Below, in pieces: positions 41,920 through 55,929 of a DNA stretch of 64,000 nt. The DNA lies in the NCBI GenBank assembly GCA_951406725.2, contig OX597831.1, positions 9,982,001-10,046,000 of the forward strand. The letters are read 5' to 3'. The notes under the pieces were generated by a model. It searched no databases. It was not told where the DNA came from and worked only from the letters and a program-made list of their open reading frames with translations. Source of the stretch: Octopus vulgaris (taxonomy: Eukaryota). Within the stretch, counting starts at the first letter, position 1; every line of letters begins with the position of its first letter. Made by a program: the position numbers and the translations under genes.

Positions 41920-42749
41920 TACAAGGTAAGTCTACATTAATACACATATTTGTTTTTTGTGATTTACCTTGCATTTACTTCGCATTGTCTTGGCCTCACC
42001 CAAGATCTTATATATATAATATAATATTATATTATATATATATAAATGTATATATATGTATACACATGCATGTGTATATACATATACATATGTATATTAT
42101 ACACATATATATGCATACACGAGTTCATATACATATGAATATCTCAGTGGAGAAATAAATACTAGTGTTAAATGGTTTAAAGATTTGTTCCGAAATTAAT
42201 TAATAATTAATTTTATCATGGTGAACATCATCAAGTGAAGATAAGCCAGTGTTTCGATGAATAGAAAGAAGATGAATTAAATAAATACATAATGAGAGAA
42301 AGACTTTGTGAATTAAACATTTACATATCGCTGATTATAATCATTGTTTAAGGTGCTGCTAATCTGATAGAACCGTAAATCTGTTGGCTGCGTTCCCTAA
42401 TCTGTTTCGTGCTGTTAGGATGGGGCTTTAGGAAATTAGAGTGAACTGTATTGCTGAGAAGGGATTTTTATGCAGACACGGAAAGAGGGAAAGTCTTTCA
42501 AGGACAGATAACAGGTGAATAATTAAAATTACAAATGACCAGGGGTAGAAATATTGATTAGTATTATTATTGTCATCATTGTATCACATAAGGGCGGTGA
42601 GCTAGATGAACGATTAGGGTGGCCCCAACGTAGGTTGCAGTATTTTTCCTGGCATTTTATATTTCACATTCTAAACTCTCCAACATCAGCGTTGCGTTTG
42701 GAAATAAAAATAATAAATTACCAGTTAATTACTAATAACTTACTTCCCT

Positions 42750-43254
<505 letters not shown>

Positions 43255-43668
43255 CAATTCTTACCCTCAACTGATATGAATTGAACTGTTCCTTCATACG
43301 TTGATGACGTTAATTCTGAATATCTTCTGGAGAGCCGGACGGTCGGTTAAGAGCTTAACGTGAGTTCGATTCAATGCTTTGAGTCTCTGAAACCTTCAAC
43401 ACTCACAGTATATAGATTGGTAGATCCAATTTTCTTCAGCTCCTGAATTTGCAGAGTAAATAAAGAAATTGGCTGCTTGTTTCTTTGGGTTTAATCACAT
43501 TGATGTCAGACATTGCAGATGAGAACATCGTTATGTGCGAAAACCAATTAAGGTTATTCATCATCTTCATTTTTATTAGACACAGAAATAATGAATTTTG
43601 TTCTCTTTATATATATCTACTACATGAGGTTACACACCAACACGCACACGGACACATACACACATATA

Positions 43669-43718
<50 letters not shown>

Positions 43719-43725
43719 ATATATA

Positions 43726-44111
43726 CTAGCAGTATCGCCCGGCGTTGCTCAGGTTTGTAAGGGAAATAACTATAAAGCATTTTTAGAGAGTTATAGCCAA
43801 AAAATAGCAAAAAAATGGAAAAAAAATGATGGTAAATTTTTTTTTGAGAGTAAAAAAGGTTGAGTTGCGTCCCCTAGACAGTCTGTGGTTTGTTTTTTTT
43901 GATTCTCGACCCCATGTCGAATTTATCGATTTTTTTCAGAACTGGGGGAACTTTTCAAAATTTTCGCTGCGTTAGTTTTGAATTATGACATTGGGCTATG
44001 TGTGTGTCAAGTTTCATCAGAATCGGTTGAAAGCTGTGGTCAGGGTGAGGGTACGAGAAAACAGACACACAGAAACACGCACAGACAAACTGCCGTTTAT
44101 ATAGAGAGAGA
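43726..44111 (-). mobile_element. Non-autonomous Helitron
   Basis: Minus strand: A|TCtctctctatataaacggcag ... cctgagcaacgccggg (subterminal hairpin) cgatactgCTAG|T; inserted between A and T within (TA)n, no TSD. Confidence 0.88.
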
Positions 44112-44142
44112 TATATATATATAAAAATATATATATATACAT

Positions 44143-44173
<31 letters not shown>

Positions 44174-44205
44174 CATACATACATACATACATACACACAT
44201 GTATA

Positions 44206-44440
44206 TATATACATATTAGAGGGAAACCACTATGTGGACACCCTTATGCTAGAAATAGATCCGCCATGGTAAAACCATAGCGGATCTATTTCTAGCATAA
44301 GTGTTTCCTCATAGTGGTTTCCCTCTAATATGTATATAATACAATTTAGCTGAACCTCCATTTTTTTTTATATGCTAGACCACTGGTGTGAAATCGATGG
44401 TATATTAATATCTAATTTCTCACCCTCATTTAAAATTTAA

Positions 44441-44443
<3 letters not shown>
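44206..44443. repeat. Fold-back element: about 65-bp-arm hairpin (44206-44338) plus unpaired tail, between simple repeats
   Basis: tatatacatattagagggaaaccactatg..gatccgccatggt-aaa-accatagcggatc..catagtggtttccctctaatatgtatata. Confidence 0.9.
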
Positions 44444-44531
<88 letters not shown>

Positions 44532-45174
44532 CAAAGAGGGGGCAGAGGAGTATGAAGTAAAGGAAGACAGAGACAAATATGCGTATGTCAAGAGATGAAC
44601 AACGATATCAAACTGTACGCCCACGGGTATAAACGTACATACGTACGCACATTGTATATGGACTGAAAGTGTGTAGCACCAACCGAATGCGAGGGGACGA
44701 GAATTTATACTTTTAGATTTTTTGTTTCCTCTTATGTTTTCTCCGTCTCCTTTTTATTTATTTGAAATTTATAAATATATTGTCTGTTATATATTTTTTC
44801 CTTATCTCCATCCCTCTAAGTGTGAGAAGGTCAACGGCGCCTAGTGATAGGAAAAGAGGGCGATAGTGGGAGACAGTTCAAAATGAAGATGTAGGGGAAT
44901 TTATAATGAAAAGATGAACGAAGATGGGAGACGAATGGACAGTGACTTCAAATAAATTGGTGCATAAATTAAGCGTAATTATATGATTGTATTTGTAATT
45001 ATATTTCGAACATTAAAATCTCCAATTACAATGATTCGAACTGTGAATAAATAATTAATTAGTGTATATTTTTGTTGTTTCAGTTATTAGACTATTGCCA
45101 CCATGAGGCACCGCTTTGAGGGGTTTTAATGCAACACATCAGACCCAGGACTTATTCTCTCTCTCTCCCTCTCG

Positions 45175-45210
<36 letters not shown>

Positions 45211-45220
<10 letters not shown>

Positions 45221-45552
45221 ATTAGAGATAAAACCACTATTAGGCAAATACTTAAGCCAATACATAAGATTAATTAATTTATATTATTTTAAATATATAT
45301 CAAAATTATTAAAAAAAGAATAATGGACCAACGCCTGGAAGAAATCATTAAAGGCATGAATCTACGTATTAGTATTTTTGGGTTGATAGCTAATGAAGTA
45401 TTAGACTTCTAGGTTGTCTTTGTTCTACATCTAAGTTTTCTAGTATTTAAGGCATTTTCATTTATGGAATAACAAAACGCAAACTAGAAGTCTAATACTT
45501 CATTAGCTGTCAACCCAAAAATACTAACACGTTGATTCATGCCTTTAATGAT
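45211..45552. repeat. 47463-family end fused to an inverted repeat (arms 45344-45424 and 45471-45552)
   Basis: attagagataaaaccactatta.gcaaat..cttaagccaatacat is shared with 47463; atcattaaaggcatgaatc..cttctag has its reverse complement downstream. Confidence 0.85.
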
Positions 45553-45878
45553 ATGACTAAGAACTTCGTATATTGGCGGCACCCGCAGGATTTGGGGAGA
45601 ATTAGGTATTGAGCAAACTAATTAATACAGGGAAGATGTACGAAAATAAACAGCAGTAATTCGAAACGATACTCGAAGACAATAAATAGTTAAATATAGC
45701 CATGGTGCCAAGCACCAGAATGATGGATCAACGCCTCGGAGAAATCCTCAAATGGATATAAAGAACATAATTGAGAAGAGAGAAAAATGTTGACCGGCAC
45801 ACAAGGCGTCAGGTCGAAAAAAGGCAGAAGATAGAAAGCCAGTCACTAGTTACGTGTGGGTAGCAGACAGAATGGAAG

Positions 45879-45922
<44 letters not shown>

Positions 45923-46430
45923 AAGAGAGAGGGAGAGAGCAAGAGAGGGAGAGAGGGGGAAAAGAAGGTTAGGAGGAGAGAGAAATATTAGGACGTAGGG
46001 ATATCTCTACTTCATCTTTCCCTCCTTCTCTCTCATCTTACACTTAATTGAAGACTTTCTTCCTTCCCCTGCTCGCCCTCTCCGCCACATTCTCTCCCTC
46101 CTTCCCTTCTGTCTGCTACCTACACGTGACCAGTGACAGTTTCTATCTTCTGTCATCTTGCCACTAGACGCCTAGCGTGCTGGTCGACCTTTTTTTCTCT
46201 TCTCAATTCTGTTCTTTATATCCATTTCATGATTTCTTCCAGCCGTTGGTCCATCATTCTCGTGTTTGGTCCCAAGGCTATACTTATTTATTTATTGTCT
46301 TCATCTATCGTTCCATATTACTGTTTACTTTCGTACGTCCACACTGTATTGTTTTGTTTGCTTGATCCTTAATTATCCGCAAATCTTGCGGGTGCCGCCG
46401 ATGTACTAATTCCTAGTCTTATCGTTAAAG
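45543..46430. repeat. Large imperfect inverted repeat, arms about 345 bp (45543-45888 and 46091-46430)
   Basis: ggcggcacccgca.gattt / aaatcttgcgggtgccgcc; aaatggatataaagaac / gttctttatatccattt; gtagcagacagaa / ttctgtctgctac; spacer is GA-rich then CT-rich. Confidence 0.9.
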
Positions 46431-46533
46431 TCGTAAAACTAAGTATTATTATTTTTTGGTCGATAAATCATGAAGTTTTAGCGTTCTGGTGTCTGTCTTA
46501 CGTGAACGTTCGGTAGGATTTAATGCATTTTTC

Positions 46534-46636
<103 letters not shown>

Positions 46637-47225
46637 CACACTCCAACACACAGATATGACACTACAGCCGAACTGGCTGGTCCAACATTTAATCAAGAAT
46701 TTTGGTCGTGTTAATCATTTGCATATAACACTTTGCTGTGACGTAGAGCAATTAATTAAATATTGCTGCTCTAAGAATCATATTTCCGAGGTTATTAATA
46801 CAATCTAGACTATACCTTTAGAATAGTACAACTCTTTGTCAGTGATGCGTGAGTAGTAATGGACTAAAAGAGACTTACATGCAACTCTAACATCACATCA
46901 CCACGCTCACAGATTTCCGGTCTTTGAGCGGTAATGCAATGCCTCGAGACATCGCAATCTTCGTTACACTTGGGGAAGCCCTGACTCACTTCTCGAATTC
47001 AATTTCTTGGTAACGTTATTTGTTACTTTGCGATTAAAGTACACGTAGTATATTGTGGTTATTGTTTCTGTGTACGTAATTGGCATTGATATAAATGTCT
47101 GAATGGTATTAAAGGAGTAAGAGAATAAAAGTGTGATTGACATTAATGTACTGATATATGGAAGGCATTTTATTCATTCTAGTCACAACTGGTCATTAGT
47201 GACGCCATTAGCCTGGACGGCAATG

Positions 47226-47258
<33 letters not shown>

Positions 47259-47271
47259 TTATGCATGTATG

Positions 47272-47374
<103 letters not shown>

Positions 47375-47418
47375 CTATCTATATCTATCCATCTATCTAT
47401 CTATATATATATATGTAT

Positions 47419-47456
<38 letters not shown>

Positions 47457-47460
<4 letters not shown>

Positions 47461-47634
47461 TTATTAGAGACAAAACCACTATTATGCAAATCAAACAAAG
47501 TAAGACTTAAGCCAATACATTTGCATAATAGTAGTTTTGTCTCTAATTTAATATAATATAATATTTTACTATAAAATTGGATTCAATCCTCAATCTGATT
47601 TTTCCCTGTAAGTTTGGATTTATTCCCTAATATT

Positions 47635-47640
<6 letters not shown>
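47457..47640. repeat. (TA)n-embedded fold-back fragment (29-bp arms 47463-47491 and 47519-47547)
   Basis: attagagacaaaaccactattatgcaaat / atttgcataatagtagttttgtctctaat. Confidence 0.85.
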
Positions 47641-47680
<40 letters not shown>

Positions 47681-47681
47681 T

Positions 47682-47717
<36 letters not shown>

Positions 47718-48229
47718 TGTGCGCGCGCGCATCTGGTTGTATGTGAGTGTATATGTATGACTTTTGCGCTTCTCGAAATAGTTATTAGGGTATTCAACTC
47801 TCCAAAAATTGTAATGTTTGAAAGAAACTATAGATTATGAAGAAATGTTTTTGTTTCGACGTCACACCGCGAATGTGTGCTGTGAAGAACATATAATATA
47901 TTATTTTACTGAAATATTTTTTCAAAGTAGTTCATCCCACCATGAATCAGGGAGGTTCATATTTATGTTTTTCTGAATCAAATTTGTCTCTTAATGATTA
48001 AAGAGAAATAAATTATATATAGAATGAATATTCGTCTAATATTGTTAGCATCTTCATAACAGTTTGCTAAAGATTCCCAACAGTGCGAAATTCTGGTTCA
48101 ATAAGGAACAGAATAATGAATAAACTTCTTGAGAAATAGAAGCAAACGTCAAGACTTAATTTAAATTAGAGATGATTGATTTAAATTTTCTCTTAACAAA
48201 ATATTCGTCTGACTGGTAAATATAACCTT

Positions 48230-48633
48230 AAGGCGGCGAGCTGGCAGAAACGTTAGCACGCCGGGCCAAAGGCTTAGCGGTATTTCGTCTGCCGTTACGT
48301 TGTCAGTTCAAATTCCGCCGAGGTCGACTTTTGCCTTTCATCTTTTCGGGGTCGATAGATTAAATACCAGTTACGAACTGCGGTCGATGTAATCGACTTA
48401 ATACCTATGTCTGTCCTTGTTTGTTCCCTCTGTGGGTAATAAAGAAATAGGTATTTCGTCTGCCGTTACGTTGTAAGTTCAAATTCCGCCGAGGTCGACT
48501 TTTGCCTTTCATCCTTTCGGGGTCGATAAATTAAGTACCAGTTATGCACTGGGGCCGATGTAATCGACTTAATATGTATGTCTGTCCTTGTTTGTCCATT
48601 CTATGTTTAGCCCCATGGGGTAATAAAGAAATA
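48230..48633 (+). mobile_element. Family A SINE dimer (one head, two bodies)
   Basis: Body repeats from about 48450 via the junction aaagaaataggtatttcgtc; imperfect TSD ggta(aat/taa)ataac.tta. Confidence 0.92.
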
Positions 48634-48969
48634 GGTATAAATAACGTTAATAAGAAAAAAGAAATATTTGTATATTTTGTGGTTATTGTGTGCTTATTGG
48701 GTGTCACAAATTATTGCGATTGTAGGGTGAGAGAATAGATTTACAAACTTATTTATTCTGGAAAGTGGCATGTGCATTGTTGTAGTCTCTCCCAGTTGAA
48801 TTACATGGAAACATAATCTACATTTTAGGAATTTTCGTGTAAATAAACCAAACATATCTGTTATTCTTTACAATTCTGTGAAATGTGGGAAACTGGTGCC
48901 ATCTTGTGAAAATATATAGTTTCTATTTTATTTGCTTTAAATAAATTGTAAATGACGATGAGTAATTTT

Positions 48970-49150
48970 AGGTTCAAATTTTGGCAAAAAAGCATCAATT
49001 TGGGGGCTCATATCCACCCCAGTGTTTAACTGCTACTTATGTTATCGACCTCGAAAAGATGAAGAATAAATTCGACCGCAGTGGAATTTGAACTCAGAAC
49101 ATACGCACGGACAAAATTCTGCGAAGTATTTTGCGAACGATTTTGCCTTA
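48970..49150 (-). mobile_element. Degenerate family A SINE
   Basis: ttatcgacc.cgaaa.gatgaa..tcgacc..ggaatttgaactcagaac. Confidence 0.75.
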
Positions 49151-49850
49151 CATGGTGAAAATTAATATCAATTTCAGCATAATTAAGGAAATATAAAACG
49201 TACTTCCCAACTGGGAAAATTTATAATCCCTAAAATCTTACAAGAAAACTTACGTTAAGAAATGTTAATATCAGTTGAATGTGCACCGACCGATACCGAT
49301 ATCTGCATTATAAATAGATATACAGCTTAAATGCCATTAACTTTAATATATACCTTGAGCTTGACATTTTTGTCAGTTGTATCCATTTTAAATTAATTGC
49401 ACGCTGCATTATCAAATCATCGCCGTGTTACTTATCTACTCTACTGGCAGATACAAGATGAACGAGGCGGAAATGGTTCATATAATGAAACAACTAGTGT
49501 TTGATAAATTGTCAAATTTTAGTTGGGCAATTCCATAAATATTTTGCTTATTATTTGAAAATTCATTTAATTAGTAAAACTAATGTCACTGTCAGTATTA
49601 CATTTGCTTAACATTTTCATAAAGCGAAGAATTCATTGCTGCCAGCATTCAATTCCCCATTCACTATACATCAAATGAGCACCAACTTAGGGGGTTTTAG
49701 TTGAACATATCAAAGCCAGAATTTAATCTTTGTAGCCCGAGTACTTATTCTATCGGTCACTTCTGCCGAATCGTTAATTTACAGAGCTAATTTACCCGCA
49801 AGGATTGTATATCCCTACAAAACTAATTTGGAAATATACGTATATATATA

Positions 49851-49945
49851 TAAGACGAAGACAGGCGGTCTACTAAACAAACAGATGTATGAGTATAACG
49901 CTCAGGAATAGAAAAAGTCTTTTAGGTTTAGAGCCTACGCTCTTC
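49851..49945 (-). mobile_element. Truncated Penelope-like repeat with decayed hammerhead remnant
   Basis: Minus strand gaagagcgtaggctctaaacctaaaagac..ttcctgagcg..atact.ataca matches 13644-13745. Confidence 0.65.
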
Positions 49946-49974
49946 TAAATACATATATATATATATACACATAT

Positions 49975-50160
49975 ACAAAGATGGTACGAGAACGCAAAAC
50001 ATCCAGACAGCTAGGTGATACAAAAAAGGGACAACAAAACATCCACACAGACGATACAAAGAAAATAAGGATGGGTCATTCGGATTTTTCTTTCCTCAGT
50101 CGAGTTCCAGATTATCTTTGCAATTTCAACTGATTGTACTCGAGATTGCTCTAGTTTGTG
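49975..50160. repeat. Second, longer copy of the 16979 repeat
   Basis: Shared agacgatacaaaga..tcattcgga block; adjacent to (TA)/(CA) tracts. Confidence 0.6.
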
Positions 50161-50596
50161 TACAGACACACAAACACACACACACACGCACATACACACA
50201 CACAGGTATAAATAGATACATATCTGGGTATAAATATCTAATGTATATACTTACTACTGTGACAATACAGGGTAGAAATCACAACCGAAAGACAAAAGTA
50301 GCTGATCTGAAATTAGAATATTGATTGCGGGAATAACTGTTTAAGAGGGTACCAACAGCTGATACCACAAGTTCTCTTATCTTGAAGTATCACGTCTGAG
50401 CTAGGATACAGCGGTTGCACAGGATTAATAGTGAACGAGTTTTTACACTTTGGAGATTGAAGCATGAAACAAATACGGAATAATGAGGATTCAACCAACA
50501 ATTGTAAATCATAATTCTCTCAAACTCATTCTCTTTCATGATGTTGAAGTAATTCATTATTGATACACGATGGATATAATAAAACGCCTATCTCTA

Positions 50597-50631
<35 letters not shown>

Positions 50632-50823
50632 AAATCTATCCTTTAATAACAACTCCCACATTACGATTAGATAAATGTACATATACTGACTCTGTTGGTA
50701 AACTTTTACAATGCTTAGAGGAATATCTCTCGAACCACGAAATCATAAAATGAAGGAGTAAAAATTTATAGAAAAAATAAAACAATATTTAATAGGATTA
50801 TTATTACTATTATTATTATTATG

Positions 50824-51445
50824 AAGGCGGAGAGCTGGCAGAGTCGATGGCTCACAGAATTTCTTCTCACATTTTACATTCTGAGTTAAAATTTCGCCGA
50901 GGTTTTTCATCCTTTTGCGATGGATAAGTACTAGTTACGGATTGGAGTCGATGAAAGCGACTTAGTCCGTCTCCACCTAAATTTCGCGCCTCGGGTTCAA
51001 AAGGATTATCAGTGTAATAAGACGGCAAGATGGAATAACCGTTAACACGCTGGGCAAAATGTATAGCGGCTTTTACGTACTGAGTTCAAATCGCGCAGAT
51101 AATATAAGTACCTATTTCTTTGCTACCCACAAGGAGCTAAACACAGAGAGGACAAACAAGGACAGACAAAAGGATTAAGTCTGTTATATCGATCCAAGTG
51201 CGTAACTGGTACTTATTAGACCCCGAAAGGATGTAAAGCAAAGTCGACCTCGGCGGAATTTGAACTCAGAACGTAGCGGCAACGGAAATACCACTAAGCA
51301 TTTCGCCCGGCATGCTAACGTTTCTGCCAGCTAGCCGCCTTCATGACGTAAGTAATATAAGTATCATTTGAACACTGGGCTCTTTCTAATCGAAATATCC
51401 CACCCCCTCAATTGCCGGCCTGGTGCCAAAGTATGAAATCATCAT
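50824..51445. mobile_element. Cluster of family A SINEs: old + copy (50824-51010) and old + copy (51019-51445) split by a younger - copy (51111-51341)
   Basis: Head and tail of the old copy flank the insert; taatataagta is duplicated at 51100-51110 and 51353-51363. Confidence 0.85.
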
Positions 51446-52165
51446 CATCATCATAACCTCAATGTTCTACGTCAACATCTGCTACAGCGAAATGTTAAAT
51501 TCTTAATGAAAATCAAAATAAAATTAACAGAGGCTTATGCATTCTGGTGTAACCATTCTTCCAAGTAAAACGCATGGGATGTGTTTGAGAGAAGTATGTT
51601 CAAAGATGTTGAGTTCATTATGGTTATCGACATTTTAAAGTGTACGTTATTCAGTGTAATGAACATGGGGTGAATGCATAGAGTTCGTGTACATCTGCCT
51701 GGCGCTCTAAAAGAGACAGAGAAATACAACAACATCACAAACTTGTATAGAAATGTTAAATATTTCGAAGAGAGCTAGAAAAGAGCCAGAAAGTCTGTCG
51801 ATGCGAGCGCAGTGAAATAATATTAAAGAGCTAAATTAAAGAATTATCCATGTTTAGCAATCTTCCATTTCGTGACATAACATGGGTATATCGTTCAAAA
51901 CATTTATAACAAACGTAAAAATGACACGAATCTAGATTAAGCATTAATAACGAGTAGGGTACTCGGTAAATTCGGATATTTCCAACTATTTGCCATGAAA
52001 AGCTGCCAATTTGTTTTTGTTTTTTTCTTCCCTCAACATACACAATTCTCCAAAGCTGAAGAATATTCTACCTTGCACTCTGTACTTAGAAACCAACTAA
52101 CAAAATATATAAATACATAAACCAATTTAGTATCAACAGAAATTGTGTTTTTGCCGAAATAAAGT

Positions 52166-52216
<51 letters not shown>

Positions 52217-52333
52217 ACCAATTTTCACATATTTCTCTCTGACCGTTTTCCAATTTATTGTTACTCTGTTTTATTCTTATCGTGAATATATTTTCCTAAC
52301 GGCATACACTCTCGTTACATAAGGCCAACGTAC

Positions 52334-52526
52334 TTAACCAAACATATTAACCTTTTCGTTCTTGGCATCAACATCTTCCTTGCTTTTTCCTTCTTTTGGA
52401 ATTCAAGTACAAATATTTTGTCTCTTTGAGCATTAAAACTTTGTCGACAGTATATGAAACAAGCCTTTATTTTCATTTTATGTCTATTTTCATTAGTTGG
52501 CATCCGTTCAATTATTCTGCAGATTC
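52334..52526 (-). CDS. Weak candidate coding exon
   Basis: Open frame ..KIKACFIYCRQSFNAQRDKIF..KRLICLV between AG (exon start 52526 or 52516) and donor AA|GTACGT (phase 2). Confidence 0.25.
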
Positions 52527-53464
52527 CTATTAAACAACTTTCGCAAAAGCAGTTTCGACGTCGTAATGAAGTAGTTGGCAGAGTCGATTGCAAGAGGCAT
52601 TACAGAAGGAACATTCTGTTAATGAGGGATTCTATTCTCAGTCGTATTAGGCCCGTTAGAAATAGCAGGCAATCCATTTATTTCTAAATTTACAATTTTT
52701 AACGTCTTAAAGAATTATGCTATCAAGTGAATATTTCCTACTAAAATTCTTATGATCTTTAGTCTGTTAGTTGTGAGTAAAGTTACCGCTAGAAATTAGC
52801 TTCGATAACAGTTATTAACGCGATCAAGAATTCTTTATTTTCAGCAACGTTGTATCTTCTCTAGCAGAAACAGTAAATCTGTCTCTCAGCTTTATACAAT
52901 GTATCAGTACGCACCATAATAATTATAAGTAACAATCCTATATAATTTACAAACGGTTTGTTAGTAAGAAAGGCATAAACGGCATTTCTGTTATATTGTT
53001 AAGCCAAACTAGAAGCATCGACAGTTCTCACCTTGACTCCGTTCCAAAAAAATAAGGAATCTTTTAACCAATAATATATAAGATCGACAGAGTAAAATCA
53101 CACCATTGCATGACCTTTATAATAGTAATTTAAACACCATGAAAAATTCTGAATAATTCGTTTTCTACAAGACCGAAGAAATTCTTATTGAGTAGCAGCG
53201 CAAGATTGTTACTGTAATTAAATAAAGTGGTACGCTAAAATCTTATTCCACATTGCGTCGTCTGATTTCTGTTGACACACTGACTCTCTCTCTCTCCCTC
53301 TCTCTCTCTCTCTCTCACACACTATCTCTCTCTCTGTATCATACACACATGCACATAATACATACACAGAGCATAGACAGTTACACAAATACATACATAC
53401 ACACACACACATATATATATATATATACATATATAAATCTACATATATATACATATATATATAC

Positions 53465-53580
<116 letters not shown>

Positions 53581-53760
53581 TATACATATATAGGTATACA
53601 GGAGCCTAAGCTGTACAAATTCAGTTCATGTGTGCAAGATATTTAATCACTGAAAGTGCAAATACACGCATATACACTACACACGAAAATACACATACGG
53701 CCTCAGATACATACATACATACATACATACATACATACATACATACATACATACGTATAC

Positions 53761-53809
<49 letters not shown>

Positions 53810-54254
53810 AAAACACACACATGTATATAATACGTACATATATAATACATGCACATATATAATACGTACATACATACATATACATATATGTGTGTGTTTA
53901 TGTAAATATATTTGTCTGTGGTGTGTGTGTGTTATAGTGATACATAAACCGTCCATACCGAAACAAAAGTGGAACACCTGCACAAAGACTGATGAAGAAA
54001 TCAGTCTTTCTTCTTATAATCTAATTCCCATAGTCATGTGATATTATTCTAATTTGAAAATTGTCTAACCTTTTTTTTATTTCTTTTTTTTTTGCAATAC
54101 TATTTATTTATTTCCGTTGTGTTTTCTTCTCATTTACAGCATTAATATGCTCCTGCAGGCTTCATGCAAATTGCCTATGAATTTTATTATTTCGTATAAA
54201 TATCTAAGGACATTATCTAATTTTGAAGCTATGATTTATTTTCCAGCCATCCAT

Positions 54255-54470
54255 TTTTGCCGGCCAGTATCTCTTGGAGAATCTTTGGCAATAGATTCTT
54301 CAGGCATTTCCTCCATACGGCCTCATCAGAAGCAACTCTTATTATCTTTTCCCGCTTGATTCTCAAGCGTGTCGAACTCAGATTATGAATATTATCCGTC
54401 CATCTCTTTATTGCTCTCTCTCCTGATTTCGTCTTTCATTTTGTTCGGCTCGAAGAATCCGACCTGCGAT
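54255..54470 (-). mobile_element. RTE-clade LINE 3' remnant, same family as 19560-19850
   Basis: KRWTDNIHNLSSTRLRIKREKIIRVASDEAVWR aligns with R*PDNTRR..RLRIKSESLMRIAS..IW. Confidence 0.7.
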
Positions 54471-54741
54471 TGTTTCTTGTGACCTCATAATCACATATCT
54501 CTAACATTAGAACTGTCACCTCTAAATTCCGTAGAGTAGCGGATCGACCTGGAAACCATCCCTGATAAACAGAGCTGCGGTATGTTTATGTTAATCAAAT
54601 ACGTGATTCGTGTAAGAATATAACTGGCTTTTGCTTTTCAATGCAAATTCTATAACGTCAGAGACCAATACAATATATCTGGAAGCTAAAAGTAAAAACC
54701 TACACAGCCTAGTAACAAGTAGAGAAACCCAAATTGAATTG

Positions 54742-54972
54742 TTTCTTTATTGCCCACAAGGGGCTAAACACACAGAGGACAAACAAGGACATACAAACGG
54801 ATTAAGTCGATTACATCGACCCCAGTGCATAACTGGTACTTAATTTATCGACCCAGAAAGGATGAAAGGCAAAGTCGACCTCGGCGGAATTTGAACTCAG
54901 AACGTAACGGCTGACGAAATATGGCTACACATTTCGCCCGGCATGCTAACGATTCTGCCAACTCACCGCCTT
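54742..54972 (-). mobile_element. Full-length family A SINE with about 17-bp TSD
   Basis: agaaacccaaattgaat (54723-54739) and agaaaccaacattgaat (54973-54989). Confidence 0.93.
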
Positions 54973-55726
54973 AGAAACCAACATTGAATAAGAAGACGGT
55001 TACTCGCCAGAATAAATGTCAGAGGTAAAATACATAGTTACAGTAAACGATAAAGGAAAACTCGCACAACGCATATGTTGACTTGTATATAGATGACAGA
55101 CAATGCAATCTATAAAATAATTGCTTAGTCACATACATTGCTGAAGAGACTTGATATAGCACCAAAGTGCATAAAAGGGGTTGTGATTTAAAGCCCCAAC
55201 CATCAATAAAGGGAATCAAAATTAAAAACAGACAGGAATAAATAAAATTCTGCACCGTCTTGCAAAATTTTACATTTTTACAACGACTACTGTTTTTTCA
55301 TTTTCCCACCTGGGCATCACGGGCAAGGGAAAAAATCAATCTTGAACTTTATTAAGCATATGTGTTAGGTAATTTAACCAAATATCATTGTAATATGAAA
55401 AAAAATATAAAATCGGATACGAAAGGAAAGAGATTGTGTTTTCGGTTATGTTTAAAGATCTGAACAATCTGTAGCTTGCTTCAATGAAAGAACAAACAAC
55501 AAACTACCAACAAAAGAAACGATCAGAGATTTTGGAAACGATCAAAACAGCAAAATAATCATGCAACATGTATCGATTATTCAATTTTAGTGATGAGCAA
55601 ACATAAATAACTTATTTCATTTGAATTTAAATGCAAAATTGATTCCATTTCACTGAAAAGAAAAAAAAATGATTTTTCTCAAAACAAAAAATATTCTGAA
55701 AGCATAGATTTAAAACGTGTTTACAC

Positions 55727-55780
<54 letters not shown>

Positions 55781-55929
55781 ACACACACACGCGCACGCAC
55801 TCATACACATACATGCAAACATGCATATATATATATGTATATATGTATATTTGTGTGAATATATATATATATTTATGTATGGACACATATATAGCTGCGA
55901 AAATATTATATACTGTATATATAGATATA

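Larger units (their letters stand above)
41698..42009. mobile_element. Inverted pair of Penelope-like terminal repeats (arms 41698-41836 and 41872-42009)
   Basis: About 139-bp imperfect inverted repeat with a 35-nt spacer; each arm holds a hammerhead fold. Confidence 0.8.

Noticed and set aside
50070-50105. Minus-strand CUGAGGA..CCGAA hammerhead-like motif
   Set aside because: Followed by GAAUGAC rather than GAAA, no consistent stems I or III, and the core is not conserved in the 17030 copy
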